Source of the DNA: Phyllobates terribilis | Lineage: Eukaryota | Assembly (NCBI RefSeq): GCF_046119375.1 | Contig: NW_027362769.1 | Location: 362,576,001 to 362,640,000, forward strand | Reading direction: 5' to 3' | DNA length: 64,000 nt | Shown here: one piece after another, positions 34,593 to 48,818 of the stretch | Numbering within the stretch: position 1 is the first letter of the stretch | Layout of the letters: every line of letters begins with the position of its first letter | Position numbers and translations under genes: made by a program | The notes under the pieces: model-generated | Told to the model about the DNA's origin: nothing | The model's input: the letters and a program-made list of their open reading frames with translations, nothing else | Databases searched by the model: none

Positions 34593-34827
34593 CGTGTGCT
34601 TCGGAACTAGAACACAAATATCTCCTGATAGGAAAACACTGAGGCCGGAGCTGGAGGCGCCTGTTATATGTACAGGCTTACTGCGCACTGATTGGCTGCT
34701 GAGCTGCATCATCCTGAGCATCTATTGGCTGACACTGAGCACAGGCCCCGCCTCCTTCTAGCTGATTCCGAGTGGAGCTCCGCTCTCCCCTTGTGCTTCC
34801 CTGCCCGGGATAAAAGCCATACTTCCA

Positions 34828-35767
34828 TACTGCTAGCTTGATTGCACTTGAAATTGGGCCTTTTAGGCATGTGGAGGCAAACGCTGGCCACCATGTCATG
34901 GCTGCGTCGGCGGCCTGGTATCCATACTCAGTCCCCAGCTGCCCGGCAGCCGGGTGTCCACTCTCGGTCCCCTGCCGCCAAGGGGCGGCCGGGTGTCCAT
35001 ACTCGGTCCCCAGCCGCCCCGCGGCCGGATGTCCACACACGGTCCTCAGCTGCCTGGGGGTGGCCAGGTGTCCATAAACGATCCCCAGCCGCCCCTATTT
35101 GTCCTTGGAACTTCCCCCCACACTTTTCTTAGCCCGGCCTGCTTTAGGGCAGCATTGGACGAGCCCACCAGAGAACCAGACTCCTCCGGTGGGCCCTGGT
35201 TTCTCCATCAGGGGAGTTGAGAGTGCCAAGATGAGGAGCATGATCATGATTATAGAAGTTAGCATTTGCTTTGTTTTATTGGAATACAACCGTAAGTGTG
35301 CAACCTGCCACCCACCAACCCCCAGGCTGCAATACCATACTGCTAGCTTTTGCACTTGAAATTGGGCCTTTTAGGCATGTGGAGGCAGACTCAGGCCACC
35401 ATGTCATGGCTGCGTCGGCGGGCTGTATCCATACTCTGTCCCCAGCTGCCCGGCGGCCGGGTGTCCACGCTCGGTCTCCAGCCGCCAGGGGGCGGCCGGG
35501 TGTTCTTACACGGTCCCCAGCCGCCCCACGGCCGGGTGTCCACACACGGTCCCCAGCCGCCCCTATTTCTCCTTGGAACTTCCTCCCACACTTTTCTTAG
35601 CCTGGCCTGCTTTAGGGTTGCATTGGACGAGCCCACCTGAGAACCAGATTCCTCCGGTGGGCCCTGGCTTCTCCATCAGGGGAGTTGAGAGTGCCAAGGT
35701 GAGGAGCATGATGATGATGATAGAAGTTAGCATCTGCTTTGCTTTCTTAGAATGCAAGCGCATGTAT
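34828..35767. repeat. ~510-bp two-copy repeat (duplicate of 17541-18480)
   Basis: Colinear at offset 17287. Confidence 0.85.
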
Positions 35768-36351
35768 GTTGTAGCGGCTAGGCCTGAGGTGGTCAGCGTT
35801 TTGGCTCATATCCTACCTCCTCCGAGGATTGCTGGATATTTTCCTGCTACTATCCCAGTTCTTTGACTCCCGTTAAAACAAAGCTTCAGGTGATGAATGA
35901 TGGATGAGGTGGTAGCAAAGGAGAAAGAGCAGGAGGAAGAGGGACCATTCACATCAATATCAGGCCAGTCAACCACACATGTCTTGTAGGATATGTTTCT
36001 GTACCAAAAGGAGCAGTTCGGCTACACAGTTATAGGGCATACAGTGAGTGCAATGTCTACCAAAAATTTTGAGGCACTCCAATGCCCCTTGGAAGTGATA
36101 TGGAGGTCAGAGGGCCTTAACTAAACCGTTTTTTCCATTTATAGCAACTGGGTCTCCTGTGCACTGTTGGCCTAAGCAGTGAATGGAAGGCTTTCCAAAA
36201 ATTATGAGGAACTGCAATGGCCATTGAAACAGACGTGGATTACAGCATACTAAAAAACTTCTACCCATTATTGGGGAGTGGGTCTCCCTTAGTGTTCGCC
36301 TATGCATTGAAAAGCAAAAGCTGACTAAAATTAGGAGGAAATGCAATGCCC

Positions 36352-39300
36352 GTTGGAAGAGTCATGGAGGTTAGAGTTAATCAAAAACAACATTTCAATG
36401 CCTCTTGGAAGAGCTATGGAGTTCAGAATGGTTTAACAAGACAGTTTTAATGCCCCTTGGAAGAGCGGTGGAGGTCGCACTAGCTTAACAAGATGGTTTT
36501 AATGCCCCTGGGAAAACTGGTGGAGGTCGCAGTAGCTTAACAAGACGGTTTTAATGTCTCTTGGAGAAGTGGTGGAGGTCTCAGTTGCTTAACAAGACGG
36601 TTTAAATGCCCCTTGGAAGAGACGTGGAGGTCGCAGTAGCTTCACAAGACGGTTTTAATGCCCATTGGAAGAATGGTGGAGGTCGCAGTAGCTTGACAAG
36701 ACGGTTTAAATGCCCTTTGGAAGAGACGTGGAGGTCGCAGTAGCTTAAAAAGACGGTATTAATGCCCTTTGGAAGAGACGTGGAGGTCGCAGTAGCTTAG
36801 CAAGACGGTTTAAATGCCCCTTGGAAGAGATGTGGAGGTTGCAGTTGCTTAACAAGACAGTTTAAATGCCCCTTGGAAGAGATGTGTAGGTCGTAGTAGC
36901 TTAAAAAGACGGTTTTAATGCCCCTTGGAAGAGCGGTGGAGGTCGCAGTAGCTTAACAAGACTGTTTTAATGCCCCTTGGAAGAGACGTGGAGGTCACAG
37001 TGGAATAAAAAGACAATATCAATGCCCCTTCAAAATGTGGTGGAGGTTGCCGTAGCTTAACAAGACGGTTTTAATGCCCCTGGGAAAAGTGGTGGAGGTC
37101 GCAGTTGCTTAACAAGAAGGTTTTAATGCCCCTTGGAAGAGACGTGGAGGTCGCAGTTGCTGAACAAGATGGTTTTAATGCCCCTTGGAAGAGCGGTGGA
37201 GGTCGCAGTAGCTAAACAAGATGGTTTTAATGCCCCTTGGAAGAGACGTGGAGGTTGCAGTAGCTTAACAAGACTGTTTAAATGCCCCTTGGAAGAGACG
37301 TGGAGGTTGCAGTAGCTTAACAAGACTGTTTAATTGCCCCTTGGAAGAGACGTGGAGGTAGCAGTAGCTTAACAAGACGGTTTTAATGCCCCTTGGAGAA
37401 GTGGTGGACGTCGCAGTAGCTTAAGAAGACGGTTTTAATGCCCCTTGGAAGAGACGTGGAGGTCACAGTGGAATAAAAAGACAATATCAATGCCCCTTGA
37501 AAATGTGGTGGAGGTTGCAGTAGATTAACAAGACGGTTTTAATGCCCCTGGGAAAAGTGGTGGAAGTCGCAGTAGCTTAACAAGAAGGTTTTAATGCCCC
37601 TTGGAAGAGACGTGGAGATCGCAGTAGCTGAACAAGATGGTTTTAATGCCCCTTGGAAGAGACGTGGAGGTCGTAGTAGCTTAAAAAGACGGTTTTAATG
37701 CCCCTTGGAAGAGCAGTGGAGGTCGCAGTAGCTTAACAAGACGGTTTTAATGCCCCTTGGAAGAGACGTGGAGGTCACAGTGGAATAAAAAGACAATATC
37801 AATGCCCCTTGAAAATGTGGTGGAGGTTGCAGTAGCTTAGCAAGACGGTTTTAGTGCCCCTGGGAAAAGTGGTGGAGGTCGCAGTAGCTTAACAAGAAGG
37901 TTTTAATGCCCCTTGGAAGAGACGTGGAGGTCGCAGTAGCTGAACAAGATGGTTTTAATGCCCCTTGGAAGAGACGTGGCGGTCGCAGTAGCTTAACAAG
38001 ATGGTTTTAATGCCCCTTGGAAGAGACGTGGAGGTCGCAGTAGCTTAACAAGACTGTTTAAATGCCCCTTGGAAGAGACGTGGAGGTTGCAGTAGCTTAA
38101 CAAGACTGTTTAATTGCCCCTTGGAAGAAACGTGGAGGTTGCAGTAGCTTAACAAGACGGTTTTAATGCCCCTTGGAGAAGTGGTGGAGGTCGCAGTAGC
38201 TTAAGAAGACGGTTTTAATGCCCCTTGGAAGAGACGTGGAGGTCACAGTGGAATAAAAAGACAATATCAATGCCCCTTGAAAATGTGGTGGAGGTTGCAG
38301 TAGCTTAACAAGACGGTTTTAATGCCCCTGGGAAAAGTGGTGGAGGTCGCAGTAGCTTAACAAGACGGTTTAAATGCCCCTTGGAAGAGACGTGGAGGTT
38401 GCAGTAGCTTAACAAGACTGTTTAAATGCCCCTTGGAAGAGACGTGGAGGTTGCAGTAGCTTAACAAGACTGTTTAATTGCCCCTTGGAAGAGACGTGGA
38501 GGTAGCAGTAGCTTAACAAGACGGTTTTAATGCCCCTTGGAGAAGTGGTGGACGTCGCAGTAGCTTAAGAAGACGGTTTTAATGCCCCTTGGAAGAGACG
38601 TGGAGGTCACAGTGGAATAAAAAGACAATATCAATGCCCCTTGAAAATGTGGTGGAGGTTGCAGTAGATTAACAAGACGGTTTTAATGCCCCTGGGAAAA
38701 GTGGTGGAAGTCGCAGTAGCTTAACAAGAAGGTTTTAATGCCCCTTGGAAGAGACGTGGAGATCGCAGTAGCTGAACAAGATGGTTTTAATGCCCCTTGG
38801 AAGAGACGTGGAGGTCGTAGTAGCTTAAAAAGACGGTTTTAATGCCCCTTGGAAGAGCAGTGGAGGTCGCAGTAGCTTAACAAGACGGTTTTAATGCCCC
38901 TTGGAAGAGACGTGGAGGTCACAGTGGAATAAAAAGACAATATCAATGCCCCTTGAAAATGTGGTGGAGGTTGCAGTAGCTTAGCAAGACGGTTTTAGTG
39001 CCCCTGGGAAAAGTGGTGGAGGTCGCAGTAGCTTAACAAGAAGGTTTTAATGCCCCTTGGAAGAGACGTGGAGGTCGCAGTAGCTGAACAAGATGGTTTT
39101 AATGCCCCTTGGAAGAGACGTGGCGGTCGCAGTAGCTTAACAAGATGGTTTTAATGCCCCTTGGAAGAGACGTGGAGGTCGCAGTAGCTTAACAAGACTG
39201 TTTAAATGCCCCTTGGAAGAGACGTGGAGGTTGCAGTAGCTTAACAAGACTGTTTAATTGCCCCTTGGAAGAAACGTGGAGGTTGCAGTAGCTTAACAAG

Positions 39301-39581
39301 ACGGTTTTAATGCCCCTTGGAGAAGTGGTGGAGGTCGCAGTAGCTTAAGAAGACGGTTTTAATGCCCCTTGGAAGAGACGTGGAGGTCACAGTGGAATAA
39401 AAAGACAATATCAATGCCCCTTGAAAATGTGGTGGAGGTTGCAGTAGCTTAACAAGACGGTTTTAATGCCCCTGGGAAAAGTGGTGGAGGTCGCAGTAGC
39501 TTAACAAGACGGTTTAAATGCCCCTTGGAAGAGACGTGGCGGTCGTAGTAGCTTAACCAGACGGTTTTAATGCCCCTTACA
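36352..39581. repeat. 52-bp satellite, ~62 units (copy 2)
   Basis: Same unit and higher-order pattern, with an extra 1144-bp block. Confidence 0.95.
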
Positions 39582-39813
39582 AGAGCCATGCAGTACAGCA
39601 TATTAAAAACATTATTCCCATTATTGGGGAATGGTTCTCCCATAGTCTTTGCCTATGCCTTCCAAGCAAAAGCTGGCAAAAATTAGGACGGAGGAACTTG
39701 CAATGCAGGCAACACGGACCACGGTCTCCCTGGTGGTATAGTGTGGTGGAGGCTGAGGATAAGGAGAAGAGCAAAATACAGCCGAAATGAGGAAGCGTAT
39801 ACCCATGTGTGTG

Positions 39814-42800
39814 TGTTATGATCTGCAACATAAACTAAGGAAAGATAGGGGAAAGCTGTCCCTACCGTAAGACTAAGCTGAATCCCTACGATGCAGCGGG
39901 CTGCCTGTTCCTTGCGAACAGACCCGCCTTCGTCCTCGGCTAGTCTGAACGGAGACCTATAGAATAAAGGGAGGGGTCCCTAAAAGAACTAAGGACTGGG
40001 ACAAAAATGGGACACCTCCTAACAGAAGTTGTTACAGAGCAAAAGACAAACTGACAAAAAGTACTAGAGGTCCCAGAGGACCAAGCAAACTGAAAGAATA
40101 GGTACAGAAGCACCTGGCTACTAAGACAGTCTAGAAAACACTGAAGTCCAGCGAGGCAAGAAGGGCGGAGCTGGAATATATCGGCAGCTGGTCACGTGAC
40201 CGCAAAACACAAGATAGCAAAAACTAACAGGAGGGTTCTAACAGTACCCCCTCTTCTATGAGGATCCTCCGGATCCTCCAGGCCCAGGCCTATCAGGAAT
40301 TCTCCTGTGGAAATCTTTAACAAGCTTAGGGACAGAGACATCATCCGTCCTTACCCAGTAGTTGTCTTCGGGACCGAAACCCTTCCAGGAGACAAGATGC
40401 TGTAATTTCCCTCTATGCAATCTAGAATTCAAAATACGAGAAATTTCATATTCGCCGTCTTCCACCACAGGTGGAAGTGTGACAGTGGCGTCCATATTAG
40501 ATACGTCAGCCTTTTTCAGCAAGGAAACATGAAACACAGGATTAATCTTCCAGGAAGTAGGGACATCCAACCTTACAGCAGATGGGTTAACAACCTGAAG
40601 CACTTTAAATGGACCCACAAACTTAGGACCCAGTTTTTTAGAGGGAATCCTCAACCGCAGGTTCTTCGAGGACAACCAAACCATGTCACCCACCATAAAC
40701 AAAACCTCTTTACGCTTCCTGTCAAAATACTTCTTGGACTTCTTGTTATCCTCTTGCAGGTTACAACGTACATTAGTCCAAACTCTCTCCAAATCACCGG
40801 AAAAATTCTCCTCCTCCGGCACCGCCGACCCCAATTTGGAGAACGAACCAAAAGACGGATGTCTCCCATTACAACAAAAAAAGGAGAACACCCAGCAGAG
40901 GAGGATGTATGATTGTTAAGAGCAAATTCTGCGAGAGGCAGAAACTCAGACCACACCTCTTGATTGTCTGCCACAAAACAACGCAAAAACTGTTCAACAT
41001 CCTGGTTCTTTCTTTCAGTCTGTCCATTAGACTCAGGATGATAACCAGACGAAAATGACAAATGGACTCCCAACCTGTCACAAAAAGCACGCCAAAAGCG
41101 AGCCACAAACTGAGGTCCTCTATCAGAAACAATATCTGTGGGGACACCATGGAGCTTGACAATCTCCTTAACAAACGCCTTAACGAGAGTCTTGGCGCAG
41201 GGCAACTTGGAATGGAACCAAATGACACATCTTACTAAAACGGTCCACGACCACCCAGATGACAGTAAACCCCTCAGACACAGGAAGATCAGTAATAAAA
41301 TCCATAGTGAGATGCGTCCAATGCGTACTAGGAACCTCCAGAGGACAAAGCAACCCCGCAGCAGGAGTATGTGAAGCCTTTGACCTAGCACACACAGTAC
41401 ACTGACGCACCCATTTGATGACTACCTTCTGCCATCCAGGCCACCAAAAACTGCGACTGATAAGTCTCTTAGTCTCCGAAACTCCTGGATGACCTGCCAA
41501 CCGAGACTCATGACACTCCACAAACAAATCTCTCCTAAAGGCTCTAGGCACGAACAACCTCCCATGGGGAGTGTTAGATGGAGCATCATCTTGAGCATTC
41601 AGAATCCCATTCTCCAAATCGGACTCTAATGCCGCCACCACAACTCCTTTCTGCAAAATGCTCTCCTCCTCCTCGGCACCGACCGTAGGAGAAAAGCTGC
41701 GAGATAAAGCATCAGCTTTAACATTCTTAGTACCAGGGATATAGGTAACAGAAAAATGAAGCCGAGAAAACAAAAGTGCCCACCTAGCTTGACGGGCATT
41801 CAAGCGCTTGGCAGCATCCAGATAGATCAAATTCTTATGATCTGTGAAAACCTGAATAGAAAATCTTGCGCCTTCCAAAAAATGACGCCAGTGTTCAAAC
41901 GCAAGTTTAATAGCCAGCAGCTCCTGATTGCCAACATCATAATTCAGTTCGGTTTCCGAAAAATTTTTCGAAAAGAAGGCACAAGGATGTACTCCACCCT
42001 TGTTCTCTTGAGACAAAACTGCTCTGACCCCCACTGATGAAGCATCGACCTCGACCAAAAAAGGCTTGGTCTCATCAGGCTGCATAAGGATAGGGGCAGA
42101 ACTGAACCTCTCTTTGAGATACTCAAACGCTTCAATGGCTTCAGTAGTCCACTGGGCGGTATTCGCACCTTTCCTGGTGAGATTGGTTAGAGGTTTAACA
42201 ATTACAGAAAAATTCTTAATGAATTTCCTGTAATAATTGGCAAAACCCAAAAACCTCTGTATAGATTTCAAACCAATAGGCCTAGGCCATTCCTGCACAG
42301 CCTGAACCTTCACAGGGTCCATCTCAAAGCCCTTGCTGGAGATAATGTAGCCCAAAAAACTAATTTTCTGCACAGCGAACTCACATTTCTCCAGCTTAGC
42401 AAAGAGTGAATTATCACTCAATAACTGCAAAACTTCACGTACACTCTGCCAATGGGACTCAAAATCTGGTGAATAAATCAAAATGTCATCCAAATACACA
42501 ACCACATTCTTACCAATCAAAGGTCTCAGGATGTCATTAATAAGGTTCTGAAAAAATGAAGGTGCATTGGTAAGACCGAAAGGCATCACCAGATTCTCAA
42601 AATGACCTACCGGAGTGTTAAAAGCAGTTTTCCATTCATCACCCTCCTTCACTCGTAACAAATTGTATGCCCCTCGGAGATCAATTTTTGAGAACCACTT
42701 GGCCCCCACTAACTGGTTAAACAAGTCAGGAATTAACGGCAATGGATAGGAATTGCGTACGGTAATCTTATTAATTTCACGAAAATCCAGACATGGACGT

Positions 42801-44798
42801 AAACCGCCATCCTTTTTTTTAACAAAGAAGAATCCAACTGCCACAGGCGACTTAGAAGGTCTAATATGACCAGCAGCCAGGCTAGTCTCTATGTACTCCT
42901 CCAAGGCCTTTCTTTCAGGGATAGTCAGATTAAACAAGCGACTTTTGGAAGAGTAGCACCTGGAACAAACTCAATGGCGCAATCATAATCCCTATGAGGA
43001 GGTAAAACTTGCGAGTCCTCCGAAAAAACCCTCCAAAAATCTTGAATAGGTACTGGTAATCCCCCTTTTTCCACAGCCGCCATGCGACCATTACAACAAT
43101 TATCATAGCACTTCGGACTCCAAGACTTAATCACATTAGTAGACCAGTCCAACAAAGGATTGTGCAATTTTAACCAAGGCAATCCTAGAACAACTGAAGA
43201 GGGCAAATTATCCAAAACAACCAAGTCCAAAATTTCTTGGTGAACACCATTGATAGTGAGAGGAAATGCAGCAGTCTTGTGAGTTATACATTTCAAAGGA
43301 GTGTTATCAATTGCAACCACAGAAATAGGTGATGACAAAGGTTTGGATTCCAATTTAAGTTTTTCCAAAAACTTTTTATCAATCACATTAAGTGTTGAAC
43401 CACAATCCACAAATACCTGAAATTCAATCAAATCTCCCTGCAGAGTAGTACTCCCAGAAAGGAACACTCCTGCAGAGCGTAAACAAGCTATACGGGTGTA
43501 ACTGACCTTTTTTTTTTCTGTACTTAAACGACGCTCACAATACTTAATCAAATGATCAGCTTTGCCACAATAAAGACACAATCCTTCGGTGAATCTCCGA
43601 TCTCTTTCTTGAGAGCGGAGTGACATCGCCCCAACCTCCATTAGTTCTCCGCTGTCAGAGCAGATTTTCTGGAAACTAGGACCTGAAGTTACAGGAGTTT
43701 TTACATCATTGACCCTGGACCTTATTCTCCTGTCCAACCGAACAGCTAACTGCATAGCTTCCTGCAGAGTCTCAGGTGCAGGGAATGCAATTAGCAAATC
43801 CTTAACCCTTTCACTGAGACCAGCAAGAAATAAACATTTCAGCGCAGAATTATTCCATTTAACTTCTGAAGCCCATCTTCTGAAGTGTGTGCAATAAATT
43901 TCAACATCATCTGACCCCTGATTCAAACGTCTAAGTTCTGATTCAGCAGATGAGATTCGATCAGAATCGTCATATAATAGCCCCATAGCAGAAAAAAATT
44001 CTTCAATAGAACTTAAACATGGATCATTAGGTTGGAGAGAAAAGGCCCACCCCTGTGGTTCTTTGAGCAAAAGTGACACAATAAAACCAATGCGCTGTGA
44101 TTCATTCCCAGAGGACCGCGGTCTCAAACGAAAATAAAACAAACAAGCATTTTTAAAGGAAAAAAAATCTTGCTGTTTACCATTAAAAATACCAGGCAGT
44201 CCTACCTTGGGTTCGACAAAATGCGCTCCAGGACAGCTACTCACGTGTTGCTGAAGTTGGCCACCTCCACAGACAATCCCTGCAGGCGTTGAGCCAACTC
44301 CTGGACGGAAAACATACTGATCCCCGAATTTCTTTCCTATAGTTTTTTTTTTTTTGAGCTGAGCTTACTGTTATGATCTGCAACATAAACTAAGGAAAGA
44401 TAGGGGAAAGCTGTCCCTACCGTAAGACTAAGCTGAATCCCTACGATGCAGCGGGCTGCCTGTTCCTTGCGAACAGACCCGCCTTCGTCCTCGGCTAGTC
44501 TGAACGGAGACCTATAGACTAAAGGGAGGGGTCCCTAAAAGAACTAAGGACTGGGACAAAAATGGGACACCTCCTAACAGAAGTTGTTGCAGAGCAAAAG
44601 ACAAACTGACAAAAAGTACTAGAGGTCCCAGAGGACCAAGCAAACTGACAGAATAGGTACAGAAGCACCTGGCTAGTAAGACAGTCTTGAAAACACTGAA
44701 GTCCAGCAAGGCCAGAAGGGCGGAGCTGGAATATATAGGCAGCTGGTCACGTGACCACAAAACACAAGATAGCAAAAACTAACAGGAGGGTTCTAACA
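39814..44798 (-). mobile_element. Chromodomain Gypsy, copy 2
   Basis: LTRs 39814-40243 and 44369-44798, TSD GTGTG. ORFs 42925-44244, 41180-42937, 40651-41391 and 40256-40891 carry the same frameshifts as copy 1. Confidence 0.95.
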
Positions 44799-46969
44799 GT
44801 GTGGGTGTGAAGCGGTGCATGGGAATACACCTCCCGAAATAACACAGTGGATTTGACTTTATGTTACTCTGCTGTCATTTGGTGGTGATGAGAAGTCTGG
44901 CCCAATCCAGCCCTTGTTCATTTTGATAAGGGTCAGCTTGTCAGCATTGTCAGTTGACAGGCGAGTGCACTTATCAGTTATTATTCCCCCAGCGGCACTA
45001 AAAACACGCTCCGATAACATGCTAGCGGCAGGGCAGGCCAGGACCTCCAAGGCGTACAGAGCGAGTTCATTCCAAGTGTCCAGCTTGGATACCCAATAAT
45101 TAAAAGGCACAGAGGAATCACGGAGGACGCTGGTACAGTCGGCAAGGTACTCCCTCACCATCTTTTGAAACTTTCCACTCCTTGTGAGTGTACCCTGCGC
45201 CTCAGGGCCTGTAAGATGGGCAGGTCACAGAAAACTGTCCCAGAATGTTGACAGTGTTCCCCTGCCTCTGCTGGATTGGAGTTGCATCTCTCTAACCTGT
45301 ACGCCTTGGTTGGTCAACGAACTGTGACCTCTGCCGCTGGCGTGTTCAGATGGGAAATTTTTTAACAGTTCTGCAGCAAGGGCCTTCTGGTACTGCCACA
45401 TTTTTGTAGACCTCTCCACCTCAGGAATAAGAGAGTGAAAGTTCTCCTTGTAGCGGGGGTCTACAAGTGTCACCAACCAGTAATGACTGTCACCCAACTT
45501 TTTGACAACGCGAGGGTCATGGTTAAGGCAGTGTAACATAAAGACAGCCATGCGTGCCAGACTTGTAACAGGCAAGACTTCCGTGTCCTCACCAAGATGA
45601 CGACTGACCATGCACTCCTCCTCCTCTTCCTCCTACCCCCTGTCCTCAGGCCACCCACGCTGAACCGACTGTATGACAGTTGTACAGGTAATACCGTCTA
45701 CAGCGCATGATACCAGCTCCTGTTCTTCCTCCTCCTCTTCCTCTCCCGCATTGACCCCCAATGCACGTTGGGATGAGATGAGGCTGGGCTGTGTGTAATC
45801 GCCCGCTATGGCTTCTTGATCCATCTCATCATACTCTGGCTGCAATGCCTCCTTTTTAGTTCTCTGCAGAGAGCATTGCAAAAGACAGACAAGTGGGATG
45901 CTGACGCTAATGATGCCGTCATCGCCACTCACCATCTTGGTGGACTCCTCAAAGTTTGTCAGGATGGTACATATGTCAGACATCCAGGACCACTCCTGAG
46001 ATCTTATGTGTGGAATCTGACCTGAATATCGACGGCCTTGTTGCTGCTGGTACTCCACAACTGCTCTCTTCTGCTCACAAATCCTTTGCAACATGTGGAG
46101 GGTAGAGTTCCAAAGTGTGGGGACGTCACACACCAGTCGGTGTGACGGAAGCTGCAAACGCTGCTGCAACAAAGCAAGGGCGGCGGAAGCGGTAGCCGAC
46201 TTCCGAAAATGAGCTGACAGGCGTCGTACTTTGACTAGCAGATCTGTCAACTCGGGGTATGATTTAAGAAACTGCAGAACCACGAGGTTAAGCACATGAG
46301 CCATGCATGGTACGTATGTGATCTCGCCTCACCTCAGAGCCGCCACCAGGTTACGGCCATTGTCACACACGACCATGCCTAGATGTAGGTTCAGCGGTCT
46401 CAGCCACAGATCTGCCTGCTCTTTCACAGCTGTCCACAACTCACAAGCAGTGTGAGGTTTATCACCTAAGCTTATGAGTTTCAGCACAGCCTGTTGCCGC
46501 TTGGCTGAGGCAGTACTGCAGTGCTTCCAGCTTGTAACTGATGTGGTGATATCTGAGATGGAGGCTGAACATGAGGAGGAGGAGGAGGATGATGCGCAGG
46601 AGCTGTACACTGTGGGGGCAACTTTGACTGACATAGGGCCCGCAATCCTCGGTGTGGGGAGGATGTGTTCCTTCCCAAGGTCCGACTGGGTCCCGGCTTC
46701 CACTATGTTTACCCAGTGTGCCGTCAGGTAGATGTACCGTCCCTGGCCACAAGCACTTGTCCACGTGTCCGTTGTCAGGTGGACTCTCCCAGTAACTGCG
46801 TTGTTGAGGGCACGGCAGATGTCTTGGGACACCTGCTTGTGTAGTGCGGGGATGGCACACCGGGCAAATAGTGTCAGCTGGGGACCGAGTACCGAGGGAT
46901 GGCCACCGCCATAAGGTTGCGGAAGGATTCCGTCTCCACCAGCCTAAAAGGCAGCATTTCCAACGCAAG

Positions 46970-48818
46970 TGTACCGCCCCGAGGGTTCGGTCGCTACAGA
47001 GGTATTGCATCTCACCCAGAGGTGTGATATCTCACTTCCAGGTAAGGATGGAGTGTGACTCAGGACCCTAACACCCACATTCACTACACCACATTTCCGG
47101 GTGACAGGGCGACAATACTCCCAAGAGTGAGCACAGCTACCCCTGTCCCTGGCTGGAGTGGGGGGAGGGAACACCTAGAAAGGGGGAACCCGGTAGTGTG
47201 TGGGTGGGGAGAGTAGATCCAGGGTGCACTATAAGGAGGAGTATATAAGGTGGGCACCATCTTAGAGTTCAGACTAGTCAGAGGAGGAGAAGTGACAGGA
47301 GCAGGGTCTCTGTACGAACTCTGCTCCGGAGGCGGGCCTAGCCAGTGAGGCCCAGGTCTGAGGAGAAGAGGGGAAAGGAGAGGAACGGAGGAGGCTCCAG
47401 GAGTGGAGTGAAGGGACCCCAGGGGTGCGGACCGGCCAGTCGCCACCGTACGCCCGCCGCTACCAGAGTAGGGGGGTCAGGCCAAGAAAGGGAACCGGAT
47501 CCCTCATCTAGTGGAGGAGAGCAACTACCCTCAGCTAATATCCGGAGACCGTGGCATTGCACGTGTCATGGCCCCTCACTACACCCGTTAGGAAGGCACC
47601 ATATAGGACCCAGGGAAACGGAACATACGTTTGCCCGCCAAGGCCCGAGGCAGCTGGACAGAAACGTGGTCAATTGTGGGGTACGACAGGCCAGAGGAAG
47701 GACACACGAAGGGGGTCCTGAAAAACATCCCAAAGTTACCTGGGAGTTGGCCGAGCCCCTCACCTGGTGAGCACAGTACGACTCGGGAAGCCATTACCTG
47801 TAGAAGTGGCTTGGAGTGTAAAACTGTGAGTAAAGACCCTGGACTGCATCACTGGACTTTGAGTCATTACTGTTGCTCCCGCGGGCCATCACCCTCATCA
47901 TCTGCACTCACTGCCCTGATGCTATACTCCTCCCGTGGGGAGTTATACTACCCTCTGCTGCACACACAACATCAGCCTCAGCGGTCTGCCCCACAGCGGC
48001 GGTTCTCAGTGACCGCAATCCACGGGTGGCGTAGTCGGACATTTCAACATTGAAAACCAAGTAAACAGATCAGCCACTGGTTTGACCACCCTGAGCTACG
48101 GGACCAGGTCGCCGCCACAGAGACTACAACCCCCAGCATTACACAGAGACCCAGCTCCGGGTATTCCTCCACACATGGCCCAGGGGGCGCGTCAACTTTG
48201 GCGTTGTCGGCAGGATATGCAACCAACCCGTTATCACCGGGTATTGCGCGCCTAGAGACTGTTTTACTGTACTGAATGTGGCGCCCGCCCTAGTAGAACG
48301 GACACCAATATGTGCGCGCCAAAAGATAACAGGAAGCCACCTCCCATCGTGGACCAGGTCCCAGAATGGCACCAAAGACGGAGCCCACCCCCAACGGCCA
48401 TGAGTGCGGCTGTAGAGATGTCCATCAACGTGGGGTGGCTGCCCCTGAGAGTGATTGTCAGCAGGTTTCCCCGGGACCAACCCCAACAGGGGCAGAAGGG
48501 AAAGAAAACCGAAGGGCAGGGTGTGGTTTGGATCAGTCTTGGCAGACCACACCCGGAGATGGTGGGGAGCTCCAGCCCCAGTACCCTGACCAGTGGCCTG
48601 CTGCAGGCCGAAGCGACTCCATGCAGCCTCGTGGTACTGATGGCCCAGCTCCCCGGAGAGCACCCTGAATTCCTCCGGGCTGGGCTGGAGGATTTGGACC
48701 AGAGAATGGTCCAGGCGCAGTGGGAAGCCATCGCGGGGTGGAAAGAAGAGATGGACTGGCATTACACAGAGACACGGCTCCAGGTATTCCCCCACACACG
48801 GCCCAGGGGGGCGCGTCA
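46970..48818 (+). mobile_element. Internally deleted tRNA-Ser(AGA)-primed LTR element (CSD-element family)
   Basis: 4-bp TSD CAAG (46966-46969 and 48819-48822); 5' LTR 46970-48194; PBS 48199-48216; ORF from 48310; only the last ~60 bp of a 3' LTR remain. Confidence 0.88.
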
